Below are positions 15,426 to 29,240 of a DNA stretch of 64,000 nucleotides, in pieces. Numbering within the stretch: the stretch's first letter is position 1; every line of letters starts with the position of its first letter. The translations under genes were made by a program, and so were the position numbers. The notes under the pieces are model-generated. The model was not told where the DNA came from and ran no database searches. It was given only the letters and a program-made list of their open reading frames with translations. Source of the stretch: Octopus vulgaris (Eukaryota); NCBI GenBank assembly GCA_951406725.2, contig OX597831.1, forward strand, positions 36,208,001-36,272,000. The letters run 5' to 3'.

Positions 15426-16224
15426 ATATCTTAGAATTCTGACGAAGTCAACTTGGATTTTTCATTCTTTCGTGGGGTCGATAAAATAAGCACAGTTGAG
15501 CATTGAGGTCGATGTCCTCGACTTACTCAATTCTGAATTCGTTCTTTTTATTGCTGTTTTCATTGTCATAGTTATTAAAAGACTAGACAAAATATATTGC
15601 AAATATTTTGTATGAAGTTGGGCAAAGAATTATGATATAATCTATTTTAATGTGATAAATAGGTAGCGGTAAACTATGAACGAATCAAACTTGTAACTTA
15701 TTCAATGCAAACTGGGGTTGTCAATTAAGGCAAATCAAATATCGTATGTGACAACCAAAATACACACACACACACAACCCTGAGGAAAGTCAATCTATTT
15801 GCACGAAATCGTTGGAAGTATGTAGGTGACGCATGAAAGCAAATGACAACGTAATTAATATGGCTTCTTCAAAAGCGGCAACGGCTTCAGCGAAAGCTTG
15901 TTAATTAAAGAAGTATAAACAAGGAGACGAATATAGCATGAACAACATACAGCATGAACAACAAACCAATGGAGGCATAAGAATGGGTTCACCTATCGTA
16001 TGACCTCTGCATTTGGCATATACACACATATACGTAATTATATATATAAAAACGCATGCATGTATAAAGAATGGTGTATGTATGTGTGCGCGCATTACAT
16101 ACGCACATATATATGCGTATAAATACGCGTATAAATATACGTATAAATACATACATTTATTCACATACATACATGCCTATGTGCATCAATATATTTCTCT
16201 CTTTACCTCACCCTTCCTCCGATA

Positions 16225-16351
<127 letters not shown>

Positions 16352-16497
16352 AGGCGCAGGTGTGGCTGTGTGATAAGTAGCTTGCTTCCCAACCACATGG
16401 TTCTGGGTTTGGTCCCACTGCGTTGTATCTTGGGAAAATGTCTTCTGCCAAAACCATGTGAGTGGATTTGGTAGACGGAAACGGAATCTCATCGCAT

Positions 16498-16577
<80 letters not shown>

Positions 16578-16847
16578 ATATATATATATGTGTATGTGTG
16601 TGTGTGTGTATGATAGAGAGAGAGAGAGAGAGAGAGAGAGTGTGTGTGTGTGTCTGTATTTGTCCCCGTATCGCTTGACAACCGATGTTGGTGTGTTTAC
16701 GTCCCCGTAACTTAGCGGTTCGGCAAAAGAAATCCATAGAATAAGTACTAGGCTTACAAAGTCCTGGCGGTCGATTTGTTCAACTAAAGGCGATGCTCCA
16801 GCACGGCCTCAGTCAAATGACTGAAACAAATAAAAGAATAAAAGAAT
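16352..16847 (+). mobile_element. SINE family B, full length, with expanded internal microsatellite
   Basis: ggcgcaggtgtggctgtgtg head through the gactgaaacaaataaaagaataaaagaat tail. Confidence 0.9.
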
Positions 16848-17119
16848 ATATATATAAATGTTCTTAAAAGTTATTAACTATTATAATGGAAGGTGTTTTT
16901 AGAAACGGTTTTGTTTATTTCTCTTCCAATTGAATTCTTATAAAATATTCTTTTTCCTTTTGTATTTGATCCTTTTCGTCTTTTACTCTGTAAAAAGGGG
17001 AATATTTGAAATTTTCTATTTGCACAAATGCTTAAATGTTTACTACATCGAATACATGGAATATATTTATGAAATGAATTTTCGACTACGAGAATTCTTC
17101 CAAAAGAAGCACAACAAAG

Positions 17120-18310
17120 ATCGTCGCTTGTGAAAAATGAAAACAGGATTTAAGCTTCCAATGAGCAGAATTCATCACTTGAGTGAATACATAATGTCTG
17201 AAAATATCTCCAAACTCAAATATTTCAACAGACAAAGCAAACATTATGAAGGAAGAACAGAAAGCTTTGGAATGTCTATATAAAGATTTCTCTATAGTCA
17301 TTAAAGAAGCCGACAAAGGTGGAGCCGTTGTCACAGGGAAATATTCCTAGAACAACTAAATAATCTGCAGTTCTACAGAAAAATTAGAAATCGAGTCATA
17401 TAAACAAACAACGAGTAAAATTGTTAAATTAACGAGCAAATTAAAAAATGACAACGAAATTGGAGTTGGATTACTTCAGCAATTTTGAGGTAAAAACGAG
17501 TAACTTTTATGAACTTTCAAAACCTCTAAATCTTAAGTCAAATACAGCTTAAAGGACTTCCATACATCATATGTTAAAATTCTCTAACCATATAATCTAA
17601 AATTACGCCCAACTGTTGTAAGGTCAGCATCGAGTTCCCAACGGTTAAGCCATTTGCATAATAATCTTGAAATTCTTGTGCAAATTGGTTCCTATTTTCA
17701 TCAGTGATGACATGGACTTCCTAATCCAGGTTCCAAAAACAGTAGACCAAAGACAATCCTGAAGAGTTTCGACGTAACAGTCTAAAAGAAATATTAGAAG
17801 CGGTAGAACTTCTTAAAAGAGTTTATACTTGAAGAGATTCCTAAAAGAGTTTATACTTGAAGGATTACGAATGGTACGAGAAAACTACGTCTTCTTTGAT
17901 AATCAGTATTACCTACATATGCAAGGTACAGCAATGGTGACGCAAGTCACACCGATGTTGGCGACAGAAGTGATTGAATTCCTGAAGAAAAGAATCTATC
18001 CCCTGTCAATATTTTCAATCTTATTTGATTTGGCAGTAGAAAAAGATTCTTGGATTATTGCTACATATTTTGGAACAAAAGTAAGGAGGATCTCACATGA
18101 TTCCTTAAATTAATAGAAAGCATTAATGAATCGATCCAGTCCACAACGGAAATTAAGGAAGGGGAACGTCTTTATCCAAACATGCTGATAATTAAAGAAA
18201 ATGAAACAGTTATAACCGATCTCTACCACAGCCAAAAACACAGACATACACCTATATTTGGATTTCAGCTCTTGTCACTCTTCCCGCACAAAAGAACATA
18301 CTATTCAACA
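17120..18310 (+). pseudogene. Decayed Penelope-like element reverse transcriptase
   Basis: PLE RT motifs in the expected order across frameshifts: IVIKEADKGGAVV (about 17293), NFYEL.K, KLRPTV, SFDVT, NYVFFDNQYY..QGTAM, RFLDYC (YIDD equivalent), ITDLY, SCHSS (SCHP equivalent). Confidence 0.85.
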
Positions 18311-18994
18311 TCTTGACATTTGCGTAAATAGAAAATTGAAAATATTAACTTTTCTTAAATTTCGAGGTTCTTTGCCTCTTTCAGTTGGTATATGTTTCTC
18401 TTTCCATAGACATTATATCAAGTGATTTGAATTTATCACAGTGTATAATTAAATTTCATGGATGCGAGTTCATATAACACTCATGTAGAAGCGCATAAGG
18501 TAATGTTATCTTACATACGTTGATTTCTTATTAACAATTCAATACGGGTTGTTTATATGAAGGGAAAGTTTTCGATCATAACTAAGCTCCGGCTAACCTA
18601 TGACTAAACAGTAATAAACAGCAAAACGTGGTGTTTGTTTGAGCAACCTCGAATACACGAAAAGCAAGCCATAGCGGATAATACAATCCTAGATGCATTA
18701 TGACAGTAAATGACTTGGTGTGGTCATGTCTGAAATGTATTTATTCATTGGTCAACTCTTTTAAAATTGCTCTGGAACTAAACAACAAGAATACCACAAA
18801 CAAGAACAGCATTTGTTGCAGATTGATTCACCAGAGTAGTAAACTGAGCGTGGAAGAGTCAAGAGGTCTTATACAGTCGTAACACTAACATTTTCCCTTA
18901 AAGACGCATGCTTCTCCTCCTTTATATACAGCAGGTTTGGTAAGAAGAACACACCTCTGTATATAAATATATGCCGCATACAAAAAAATAAACT

Positions 18995-19230
18995 AACACC
19001 TATTTCTTTACTACCCACAAGGCACTAAATACAGAGGGGACAAACAAGGACAGACAAACGGATTAAGTCGATTACATCGACCCAAGTGCGTAACTGGTGC
19101 TTAATTTATCGACCCCGAAAATATGAAAGGCAAAGTCGACCTCAGTGGAATTTGAACTCAGAACGTAACGGCAGACGAAATGCAGCTGTGCATTTCGCCC
19201 GGCTTGCTAACGTTTCTGCCAGCTCGCCAC
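18995..19230 (-). mobile_element. SINE family A
   Basis: Reverse complement match to 15192-15425. Confidence 0.9.
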
Positions 19231-19401
19231 CAAAATAAACTAACACCATCCTAGAAGTGGGAAGTTGAAATCCATGTGAGTAATTCTTCAAAAGCATGAA
19301 CAACATCTTGTTACGCTCATACTGCTTGCCCAACAATTATACAAACTCACGACAGGTGAATCGTATGACCTAACTCCATTTCAGAACCATCAGAACAAGC
19401 C

Positions 19402-19680
19402 AGCTAACAAGGAAGGCCCCGATATAGTCTATTTTGCTGTAATAGCTTTATAGCTAAAAAGGAAGGCCCCTATATAGTCTCTTCTGTTGTAATAGCTTTA
19501 TAGCTAACAAGGAAGGCCCCTATATAGTCTCTTTTGCTGTAATAGCTTTATAGCTAAAAAGGAAGGCCCCTATATAGTCTCTTCTGTTGTAATAGCTTTA
19601 TAGCTAACAAGGAAGGCCCCTATATAGTCTCTTCTGCTGTAATAGCTTTATAGCTAACAAGGAAGGCCCCTATATAGTCG
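19402..19680. repeat. 50-bp minisatellite, about 5.5 copies
   Basis: Unit agctaacaaggaaggcccctatatagtctcttctgctgtaatagctttat starts at 19402, 19452, 19502, 19552, 19602 and 19652. Confidence 0.95.
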
Positions 19681-20586
19681 CTCAGCGTGCAAGAAACAGC
19701 AGTCATATATCTTTCATATAACAATTTAAAGAAAATTAATGTGTGTCAGTGAACTGGTTAGAATGTCTCTTCTTCTGTAATAGCTTTAGATTCAACACGC
19801 TGTGTTTGATTATCTAATATGCTAGACAAGTACAGCTCTGAAATAAAACATATGCATGTATACATATATTTAGATAAAATTATCAATACATAAATTAATA
19901 CAAAACATGATTTCAAACAGTTGTATACATACACACCTGCATATATTCGTTAATATCCAGAAGTGTGCGTGTTACCTTTCGCAGTACAAACCCCGTTACT
20001 AGTAGCCATATTTCTTTACTACATAAATACACACGCATTTATTAAAGTTTATACACACCAAGGTACATTCAAACATATAGGTATACACAAACACACACAC
20101 ACAACTCATTCATAACATATAAACCTAGAAAGAAAAAAATGTAGTTGCCAAAGCAGTAGTAGCAGTAATATTATATATAGCAGTATTGTGTATTATGTTA
20201 TATTTGTAGATCAGATCCCAACCAATTTGTTTGCTGTAGTTTGTTAACAAGAGAAAACAGCTAGACGAAAACTGTATCACTGTTTAATTTTAGTTCTATT
20301 ATATTGAACAATAATATAACCTGTTACAATTCACTGTTTCCCCATTCATTTGAGATATTGTTGGCACACTCGCAGAGATAAGGCTGTTTCCAATACTGTA
20401 AATATCGGCAAATCAATTCAGTCTCTGTTCTGTATTGAAGCAAATATTTCATATTAATTACAAATATCACCAACCCGTTTTTTACCCATTCCGCATTTCC
20501 AACTGATTGCTTTTCCTTACAATAATATCGCATTTAATTTTTTTGTAATAGACTGACTTCGCTCTGAACTGCAAATGGCACACATT

Positions 20587-20650
<64 letters not shown>

Positions 20651-20684
20651 AAGAGAGAGAGAAAGAGACAGAGACAGAGACAGA

Positions 20685-20799
20685 GACAGAGAGTTTGTGC
20701 GGTGGGAGAAGTAGAAAAAGAGATAGGGGTGTAAAAACAAAGGAGGGAGAGAGAGAGGCCTAGAGAATCAATGAAATAGTGGGGAACATAGAGTAGAGA

Positions 20800-20832
<33 letters not shown>

Positions 20833-20960
20833 GAGACAGAGAGTGTGTGTGGTAGGAGAAGTAGAAAAAGAGATAGGGATGTAAAAACAAAGGAGGGAGA
20901 GAGAGACCTAGAGAATCAATGAAATAGTGGGGAACATAGAGTAGAGAAGAGAGAGAGAGA
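20685..20960. repeat. Tandem duplication of about 150 bp between (GA)n tracts
   Basis: ggagaagtagaaaaagagataggg...ctagagaatcaatgaaatagtggggaacatagagtagagaag occurs twice. Confidence 0.9.
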
Positions 20961-21356
20961 GTGTGTGTGTGTGTGTGTGAGTGTGTGAGAGGGGGAGAGA
21001 ATCAAAAGAACCAAAGAGCGAGTAGAAGAGTGTGAAGGAGGTGTCCAATGATAAGTAAAAGAGAAAATAAGAGATACGTCTCTCTCTCCCTCTCCCTCTC
21101 TCCCTCTTCCTCTCTCCCTCTTCCTCTCTCCCTCTCTCTCTATATATATATGAGTGAGAGCGAGAAGGGGAGGGAAAGGAAGAGAGGGAGAGAGTGAAAT
21201 AATTAGAAAATCAAAGAAACAAAGGAGAGAGTAAAGAAGAGAATGAGAATGAAGGGTTCAAAGGCTTTGATAAAGAGAAAATAAAAGAGAGAAAAAGAAA
21301 CAGAAAGATGTGAGGGCATACACGTATATCTATCCATCCATCTATCTATTTCGTAT

Positions 21357-21395
<39 letters not shown>

Positions 21396-21520
21396 TATAT
21401 GTGTGTGTGTATGTATATATTTTTTATATACATACATACATTTATACATGTATATATATACATTTTATACATTTATACATATATCTATATATACATATAT
21501 ATATACATACACACATACAC

Positions 21521-21552
<32 letters not shown>

Positions 21553-21559
21553 GCATTTT

Positions 21560-21757
21560 CAAAATGTAACCACGTGAATCGCTGGCGATTTTCTTCCTCC
21601 GTCTTCCTTTGTATTGGACTTTCTTCTGTTTTTGAAGAAGAGCGTTGCTCGAAACGTTAAACCATCTTTCTTTACTTCCTGAACGTCTTCTAATACTTTA
21701 CATGTACCATGTGCTCCCCTTGTTGTCTCTTGTGTTTGTTATTTTGGGGGGATTTAC

Positions 21758-21760
<3 letters not shown>
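21560..21760 (+). mobile_element. Short PLE-terminus-like repeat with a minimal, degenerate hammerhead (21628-21662)
   Basis: gttt-TTGAAGA-a-gagc(gtt)gctc-GAAA-cg-TT-aaac. Related copies lie on the minus strand at about 24280-24375 and 46905-47072. Confidence 0.65.
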
Positions 21761-21806
<46 letters not shown>

Positions 21807-21853
21807 TCGGTGTCTGCTTGAAATATATATATATTGATATTCCCTCAAATAAT

Positions 21854-21919
<66 letters not shown>

Positions 21920-21971
21920 AGATGTACTCGCATAGCAAGTGATTTGATCTGAGATCGTGTGCTGAAACGAA

Positions 21972-22596
<625 letters not shown>

Positions 22597-22597
22597 T

Positions 22598-22645
<48 letters not shown>

Positions 22646-23474
22646 GTGTGTGTACACACACACATATGTAAACAAGGGAAGACAAAGAATGATGTGCGAA
22701 GACACAGGAAGAAAGAAAAACACTCAGAAAAAGAGTGTCTGATAAAGAAAGGAAGAATAGAAAGAGAATTAATCATATTATTATGACCTTCTATTTCGAA
22801 GACGGTAATGTGTGACATGAGGGAAGTTTGTTTACTATTTCTAACGTTCTGACACATCCCCATTTCCTCAATCAAATGCTTGGTCTATGCATTCAACACA
22901 ATAAGTCCTTAGTCTAATCGAAACCAATGCCTTGAGTTTAAGTTGTGAACCAATCGAATTAACAAGATATCTATATTTATCTCAGATGAAATTTAAGGCA
23001 ATGGTACTTGTTTTTTTGTTTGTTTTGTTTTAGACCCCAGGGAAATGGATGCGCGTCAAAACGTATTATTTTCCATATCTGGTAAAATCTGAAACTCGGT
23101 GTCTGCGTGAAATACAATACCATCTGTGTCTAATGTGTTAAACACGCTGACAAAATCAAATGAATCTCTTTTTCTATTTCTATTTTTTTCCATTAATATG
23201 ACACAATATTGCAAAAAAAAAAAAAAAATAGAGAAATGATGACGCTACTTAAGCAATGAAATAAAAATAAATAGCTTGGAAAAGAATAAGCTGTTTATGT
23301 CAGGTGACACTATTAATCGGAGGTGTTCAATGTGTCTGTCTATCAGACACGTTGTTAGACTATGAGTAGATAGTTCCGTCCATAGAATAATTGGAAAAAT
23401 TATCGTCCAAGCTGACACGATGTCCACGTGCAAATCTCCCACATATCTATCTATGTATCTATCTATCAATTAAT

Positions 23475-23546
<72 letters not shown>

Positions 23547-24015
23547 ATATATATATATCTATCTATCTATCTATCTATCAATTTATCTATCATATACAGA
23601 CACACGCACACAAACACACACACACGCACACAAACACCCCCACCCACCCCACACACATATATATATATGCATGTAATTATGGGTGTTATGGTTAATCTGC
23701 AAAAGTAGCGATGAATAATTTTGAGTAGGCATAAAAATATAAAGAAGTAAAATACATACGAATAGCTCGAGTAAAATAAGTAACAAAGAGAAGAAAAAAT
23801 ACTACACATAGTAAGAGAAATCAAAGCACATGCATGAAAACGTAGAAATATAAAGCAAAAATCCAACAAGCAAAGGAGTGCATAATGAAGCTTAAAGCAT
23901 CAAAGGAAGAATCTGGAGAATCAGAGAACAAGTGCAAAAATCTGATAGCAAGAAACATTTTTTGACATGGCAGGTTTCATTGTAACGTCCTTTGTTTGTT
24001 AATCTCTAGCTTAGA

Positions 24016-24121
24016 TTAGAAAAGTTCAAAAGGTTGAAACGTCGTGGTGTATTGGAGCGATTTCTCATCAACGTAAGAGTCCAGTGTAATCCAAGGGTGA
24101 GTAGGAGAGGTGCAGCCGAAA
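24016..24121. repeat. About 105-bp dispersed repeat, second copy at about 25807-25913
   Basis: attagaa.agttcaaaaggtt.aaacgtcgtggtgtattggagcgatttctcatcaacg.aagagtccagtgtaatccaaggg...gcagccgaaa at both sites. Confidence 0.9.
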
Positions 24122-24279
24122 TGTAAGAGTCCGAGTATGGGAAAGTAGAAAGTCCAGGTAGAAAGTCGTAGAAAATTTCGAAGTGTTATGAGGTAGAAAC
24201 AGGATGAAACTGGTGCGACCACGTGAGCGTGTAATATATAGTGAGAATTTGCAATAAAAAAAAAAGACGAAAAAGGGCC

Positions 24280-24375
24280 TGAAAACAATAAAGAGATGTA
24301 TTAGTTTAACGCTCGGCAAGTGAGAAAGTCTTTTACGTTTTCGAGCCTACGCTCTTCCACAGAAAGGAACACAAG
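24280..24375 (-). mobile_element. PLE-terminus-like repeat with a variant hammerhead (24330-24366)
   Basis: Minus strand: cttt-CTGTGGA-a-gagc(gtag)gctc-GAAA-acg-TA-aaag. Same family as 21560-21760. Confidence 0.6.
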
Positions 24376-24380
24376 ATCGT

Positions 24381-24577
24381 GTGTAAGGCCAAAACAATGC
24401 GACGTAAATGCAAGGTAAATCACAGTGAATTAATGTAGACTTACCTTGTATTCAATATTTTTTGAGGACGGGGTCATAAGTCTGAAATACTTAATACAAG
24501 GTAAGTCTACATTAATTCAGATATTTGTTTTATTGTGATTTACCTTGCATTTACTTCGCATTGTTTTGGCCTTACAC
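24381..24577. repeat. Fold-back element with a degenerate hammerhead-like centre
   Basis: Outer arms gtgtaaggccaaaacaatgcga...aaatcaca / tgtgattt...tcgcattgttttggccttacac. Inner arms gaattaatgtagacttaccttgtatt / aatacaaggtaagtctacattaattc. Centre TTGAGGA...GAAA. Confidence 0.85.
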
Positions 24578-24659
24578 TGTCCTTTATACAATATATTCAG
24601 AGTAATTATTGCATTATATACATATATACGCGTGTGTGTTCATGCATGCATGCTTGTGG

Positions 24660-24890
24660 ATGTGCATTTTTGTGTCTGTGTTTCTCCCTTACTACCGCTT
24701 GACTACCGGTGCTGGTCTGTTTACGTCTCCGTAACTTAGCAGTTCGGCCAAAGGTACGACAGATTAAGCACCGGGCTTTAAGAAATATATACTGGGGTCG
24801 ATTCAGTCAACTAAAAAAAATTTTTTTTTTAAATTCTGCTAGGCGGCGCTCCAACATGGCCACCATTTAATGACTGAAGCAAGTAAAAAA
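24660..24890 (+). mobile_element. SINE family B, 3' half
   Basis: ccgcttgactaccggtgctgg...cgtaacttagc...ctccaacatggcc...gactgaagcaagtaaaa. Confidence 0.75.
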
Positions 24891-25000
24891 CGAAAGATAA
24901 TAGCACCCTTGCGTACACACGCTTATTTATATTCGAAGTTTTAGAAAAATTCTCTTTTGAAGAGAAGAATATTTCAGCATTATGCCTTAGATACATACAT

Positions 25001-25044
<44 letters not shown>

Positions 25045-25046
25045 GC

Positions 25047-25082
<36 letters not shown>

Positions 25083-25151
25083 CATATAATAAATGCATGA
25101 GTGTGCGTGTGTATGTATGTATGTATGTATGTATGTATGTATGTATGTGTG

Positions 25152-25207
<56 letters not shown>

Positions 25208-25601
25208 TGTGTGCGTGTGTGTGCGTGTGTGCGTGTGTACGAACACATCTATTATGTATATATTGTAAAAAAGATGAAAGGAAACATATTTTCTCTGAAA
25301 AAAGAAAGAATAATTAGAAAAAAAAAACGAAAAGCAGAATCATTTTCAAACTTCACAAATATATTTTTTAAATATTGTTACATTGAGCATCTGTCGCTGT
25401 CAGCATTTGTATTCTTTCAGTATAAAGTCATAGATACCGAAACAAGAGACATTGATATAAAATTTATTTTTATAGTTTTAACCGAACTACATGTGGAGTA
25501 TAGAATAGAATACCAGGATTTATCATTCTCGTTTTTGTATAAAAAAAATGTTCGAGACGAGTTTGTGAATACATCATTCAATATTCAACATTTTTTACAA
25601 A

Positions 25602-25733
25602 AGGCAGCGAGGTGGCAGAAACGTTGTCACGTCGGGCGAAATGCTTAGTAGTATTTCGTCAGTCTGTATGTTCTGAGCTCAAATTCCGCCGAGGTCGACT
25701 TTGCCTTTCATCCTTTCGGGGTCGATTAAATAA
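25602..25733 (+). mobile_element. SINE family A, 3'-truncated
   Basis: Head and body match family A. Confidence 0.85.
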
Positions 25734-25734
25734 G

Positions 25735-26760
25735 ATTCCTCCTGAAATCGATGCGGCTTGGATGGTGGCAGCTCTCTTTATTGAAAGAGAAAAAGAGGTG
25801 AAGGTAATTAGAATAGTTCAAAAGGTTCAAACGTCGTGGTGTATTGGAGCGATTTCTCATCAACGGAAGAGTCCAGTGTAATCCAAGGGTAAGTAGGAGA
25901 GGTGCAGCCGAAAGCGGATGTGATGGAAGGAGCAACATGGAAGGGACAAATCATCGAAATTACCGTACAAGCTGAGGTGGAGGTCCTCGAAGTGCTTCCC
26001 GAAAACCTGTGGATTGGGGATTTGATCCATCCTGAAAGTGTGGGTGTAGGGCAGGATTCCTCGCTGCTTTAAATGTGGCCAGAAAGGCCACATAAGAGTG
26101 AACTGCCCTCCACCACCCAAAATGGTAGAAGAGCGACAACCACCACCACCACAGGAGAGGATGCAAGAAGTAGAAAGAGAAACTCCAGTATTAGAAGATA
26201 GGAAATCGGAATTAGCCGGGAAATGAAAAAAAAAGGAAAAAAAAAGAAAGTACTTGTGAGCCCCAACCCACCCAGTGCCCTTCCTCTCATTTTTCACCAA
26301 AACCTCCCCTTGCAAACACCAAACCTACCCGTTCCCCTCCAACAACAAAACAGAAAAGAAATGCAAACACACATGATGCAGATATGGCTCTCTCTTTCCC
26401 TGTTTTTTTGCTTGCGTTTTGTATGCGGACGCGGAGGATGATGTTCTAAACCGGGTGAGCGAGTGGAAGGATGTGGTGGAAGTGGAATTCTTCGATGTAG
26501 ATGGTGATCCTATTATATGCCAATTGTTAAATAAGGCACAAATGGAGATAGTAAAAAAAGTATGATAAGGGTATTGAGTTGTGGAAGGTGATCGGGGAAA
26601 GAGAGCAATTGCCAAAACAGACCTGTTATACCGAACTAAAAAATGACTACGGTATTGAACGGTAAAACGGTTTCAATGTAACCACTCGACTTCGGGGTTC
26701 GAGTGGGCATTCCGCCTCATTATATCATCTTTTTCATGATTCATTCGTTTCTTTTAATTT
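25735..26760 (+). pseudogene. Degenerate retroelement ORF1/gag-like relic with a CCHC zinc knuckle
   Basis: GRIPRCFKCGQKGHIRVNCPPP at about 26050-26115 (C-X2-C-X4-H-X4-C), preceded by IPPEIDAAW...ITVQAEVEVLEVLPENLWIG with frameshifts. Confidence 0.7.
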
Positions 26761-26789
26761 TGCTTCTTTCTTTATGCCTTCTTTTTATA

Positions 26790-27160
26790 ATTTTAATCCG
26801 TCTGTCTGTTCTTGTTTGTCCCTTCTGTGTTTAGCCCCTTGTGGGTAGTAAAGAAATAGGTATTTCGTCTGCCGTTACGTTCTGAGTTCAAATTCCGCCG
26901 AGGTCGACTTTGCCTTTCATCCTTTTGGGGGTCGATAAATTAAGTACCAGTTACGCACTGGGGTCGATGTAATTGTCTTAAGCCTTTTGTCTGTCCTTGT
27001 TTGTCCCCTCTGTCTTTAGCCCCTTGTGGGCAATAAAGAAATAAGAATCTTTAGCACTCCGGCGAAAATGCTTAGCGGCATTTCATCTGTCTTTACGTTA
27101 TTATGAGTTCAAATTCCGCCGCAGTCGACTTTGCCTTTCATCCTTCCAGCGTCGATAAAA
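26790..27160 (+). mobile_element. Tandem SINE family A fragments
   Basis: A tail, a headless unit and a further partial unit, directly adjacent. Confidence 0.85.
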
Positions 27161-28479
27161 TTATTATCATTGCTTTTGCTCACATAAAGCGTTTGAAGAG
27201 AAACTAAACAAGCAGAAACTGTCAGGTGAATGGTATCAGTACTGTAAAGATCCAGCATTCTCTCACCGTTTTAAGCTGATTGTTCTTGAGAATTATGTTA
27301 AATGTACGTGTATCTGTGGAATGTTGAGCAACTTACACGCAAATTCAGGGAGCAGGTAACTCAGTTTGATAGAAGAACTCAAAAGTTTGCGTCGAGACCG
27401 ACGACGATCCATCATATTTACATGCATAAACATATACACAAATATGTGCGCAAAAAGATCAGTCAGCTTTCAATAACGCGCACACATATAAACAGACACA
27501 CACTGCACTCATTTGATGATCACGTTAAAAGCACGCTTTGGCATAGGTGGTAAATTGGAAAATAAAAGAGATAACAAAAAAATATTATTAGCCATAATAC
27601 TTCATTGAAAACATAAAACCGCGAGATGAAAAGCGACAAGATAGCATATTGTGTATGTAATTAAATATTGTCGTCCCAGAGAGAAAAGGCGAGAGCGAGA
27701 GAACAAATGAGCATGATAGATAGATAAATATATAGATAAATAGATAGATATATAGATAAATAGTTAGATAGAAAGATAGATAGATAAATACATAAATAGA
27801 TAGATAGAGAGCGAGGAAAGAATATACAGAAGAAAGGTGCATAATGAAACAGAAAAAATATTAATGTTAGCTTTCCGGTATAAAATTGAGAGGGCTTTTT
27901 GATTTTCTCTCCCACAAAAACTATTAATCGTCTCCCTTACCAAAAGAAGTTTGGTTCAGAACGGTACATAAGAGATTTTTCATGAAGGGTTTTAAAATAA
28001 GAGTATTTGAAGTCCTTTACTCGTGGGATGAAGCTTCGCTAGTAACCAGTTTAATGATATTTTGGCTATTTTTACTTTCCATATATCACAGTAATAACAC
28101 TGCAGGAATATATGGCTTTCTGAATGTCTAAACTCATTTTTTACTGCATTTTTATCTGACCTTATGTTCATTCACCCTCCACCTCGTTCTCTTTCTCTCT
28201 CGAACCGGCATCAAAGAAAAGTATATAAATTTCTCCTTAAAAAGGACACAAAATGTACATCATCACTGTGATGTAAATTCTCCCTGTCCATTTATTTACT
28301 TCAATTACAAATGAGGATAAATTTAGTTTAACATTAACCCCGGCGGCAAAACTTTTTCTTTTTTAAATATTTATTGTTCGCGAGTAATTTATTTTCACAC
28401 TTGTGTATGGCAACTTGGTATCAAAGGGGAGACAATTATTTCAGGCAAATATTTAATATAATAATATTAAACATCAGAG

Positions 28480-28940
28480 AGATGGGTGGTGGTGAGACAG
28501 GTGGATGTGAGGAGAGAGAGAGGTGGGTGAGGAGAGAGTGATGAGGTGGAGTGAGGAGAGTGAGACAGGTGGGTGAGGAGAGAGAGATGATGTGAGGGGA
28601 GAGAGAGGTGGGGTGAGAAAAGAGAGAGGTGGGTGAGAAGAGAGAGGTGGGTGAGGAGAGAAAGGTGAGGTGAGGAGAGTGAGAGAGGTGGGTGAGGAAA
28701 GAGAGATGAGGTGAGGGGAGAGAGAGGTGGGGTGAGGAGAGAGAAGTGGGCTGAGGAGAGAGAAGTGGGGTGAGGAGAGAGAAGTGGGGTGAGGAGAGAG
28801 AGGTGTGGTGAGATGAGAGAGGTGGGGGTGAGGAGAGAGAGAAGTGGGAGAGAGAAAGGTGAGGGAGAGAGAGAAACAGAAAGAGGGAGAGAAAGAAACA
28901 GAGTGAGGGAGAGAGGTAAAGAGAGACAGAGAGAGAGAGC
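28480..28940. repeat. Purine-rich degenerate minisatellite (GGTGAGGAGAGAGA-type)
   Basis: Many copies of gtggg(g)tgaggagagaga. Confidence 0.9.
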
Positions 28941-29240
28941 ATTGCATTTGATCTTTTTCTCTTTAACATACATATTTTCTGTGAAAGACGGAAGGAATGT
29001 TCATGTATGAAATAAATAAAACCTTTCGGGGGGAAAAAATCTGACAAAGAAGGAATCCAAATAAAGGAGTTAAAATCCAGTCACTCTAAACAGCTCCCTT
29101 CGATGTGTCCAGAAAGAAATTGGAAGAACGTCATCAAATCGTATACCAATAATTGATTATGGCGAAATATTTGCGATTTTGAGAAACAAGGCAACCCAAT
29201 AAACAGATTTTCATTTTGGAAACAACATTTCTGGCGATAA

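Noticed and set aside
19402-19680. CRISPR-like regular repeat
   Set aside because: Units are contiguous with no unique spacers, there are no cas genes, and the context is eukaryotic.
28436-29047. Ser/Pro/His/Leu-rich ORFs in three frames
   Set aside because: Antisense of the purine-rich minisatellite.
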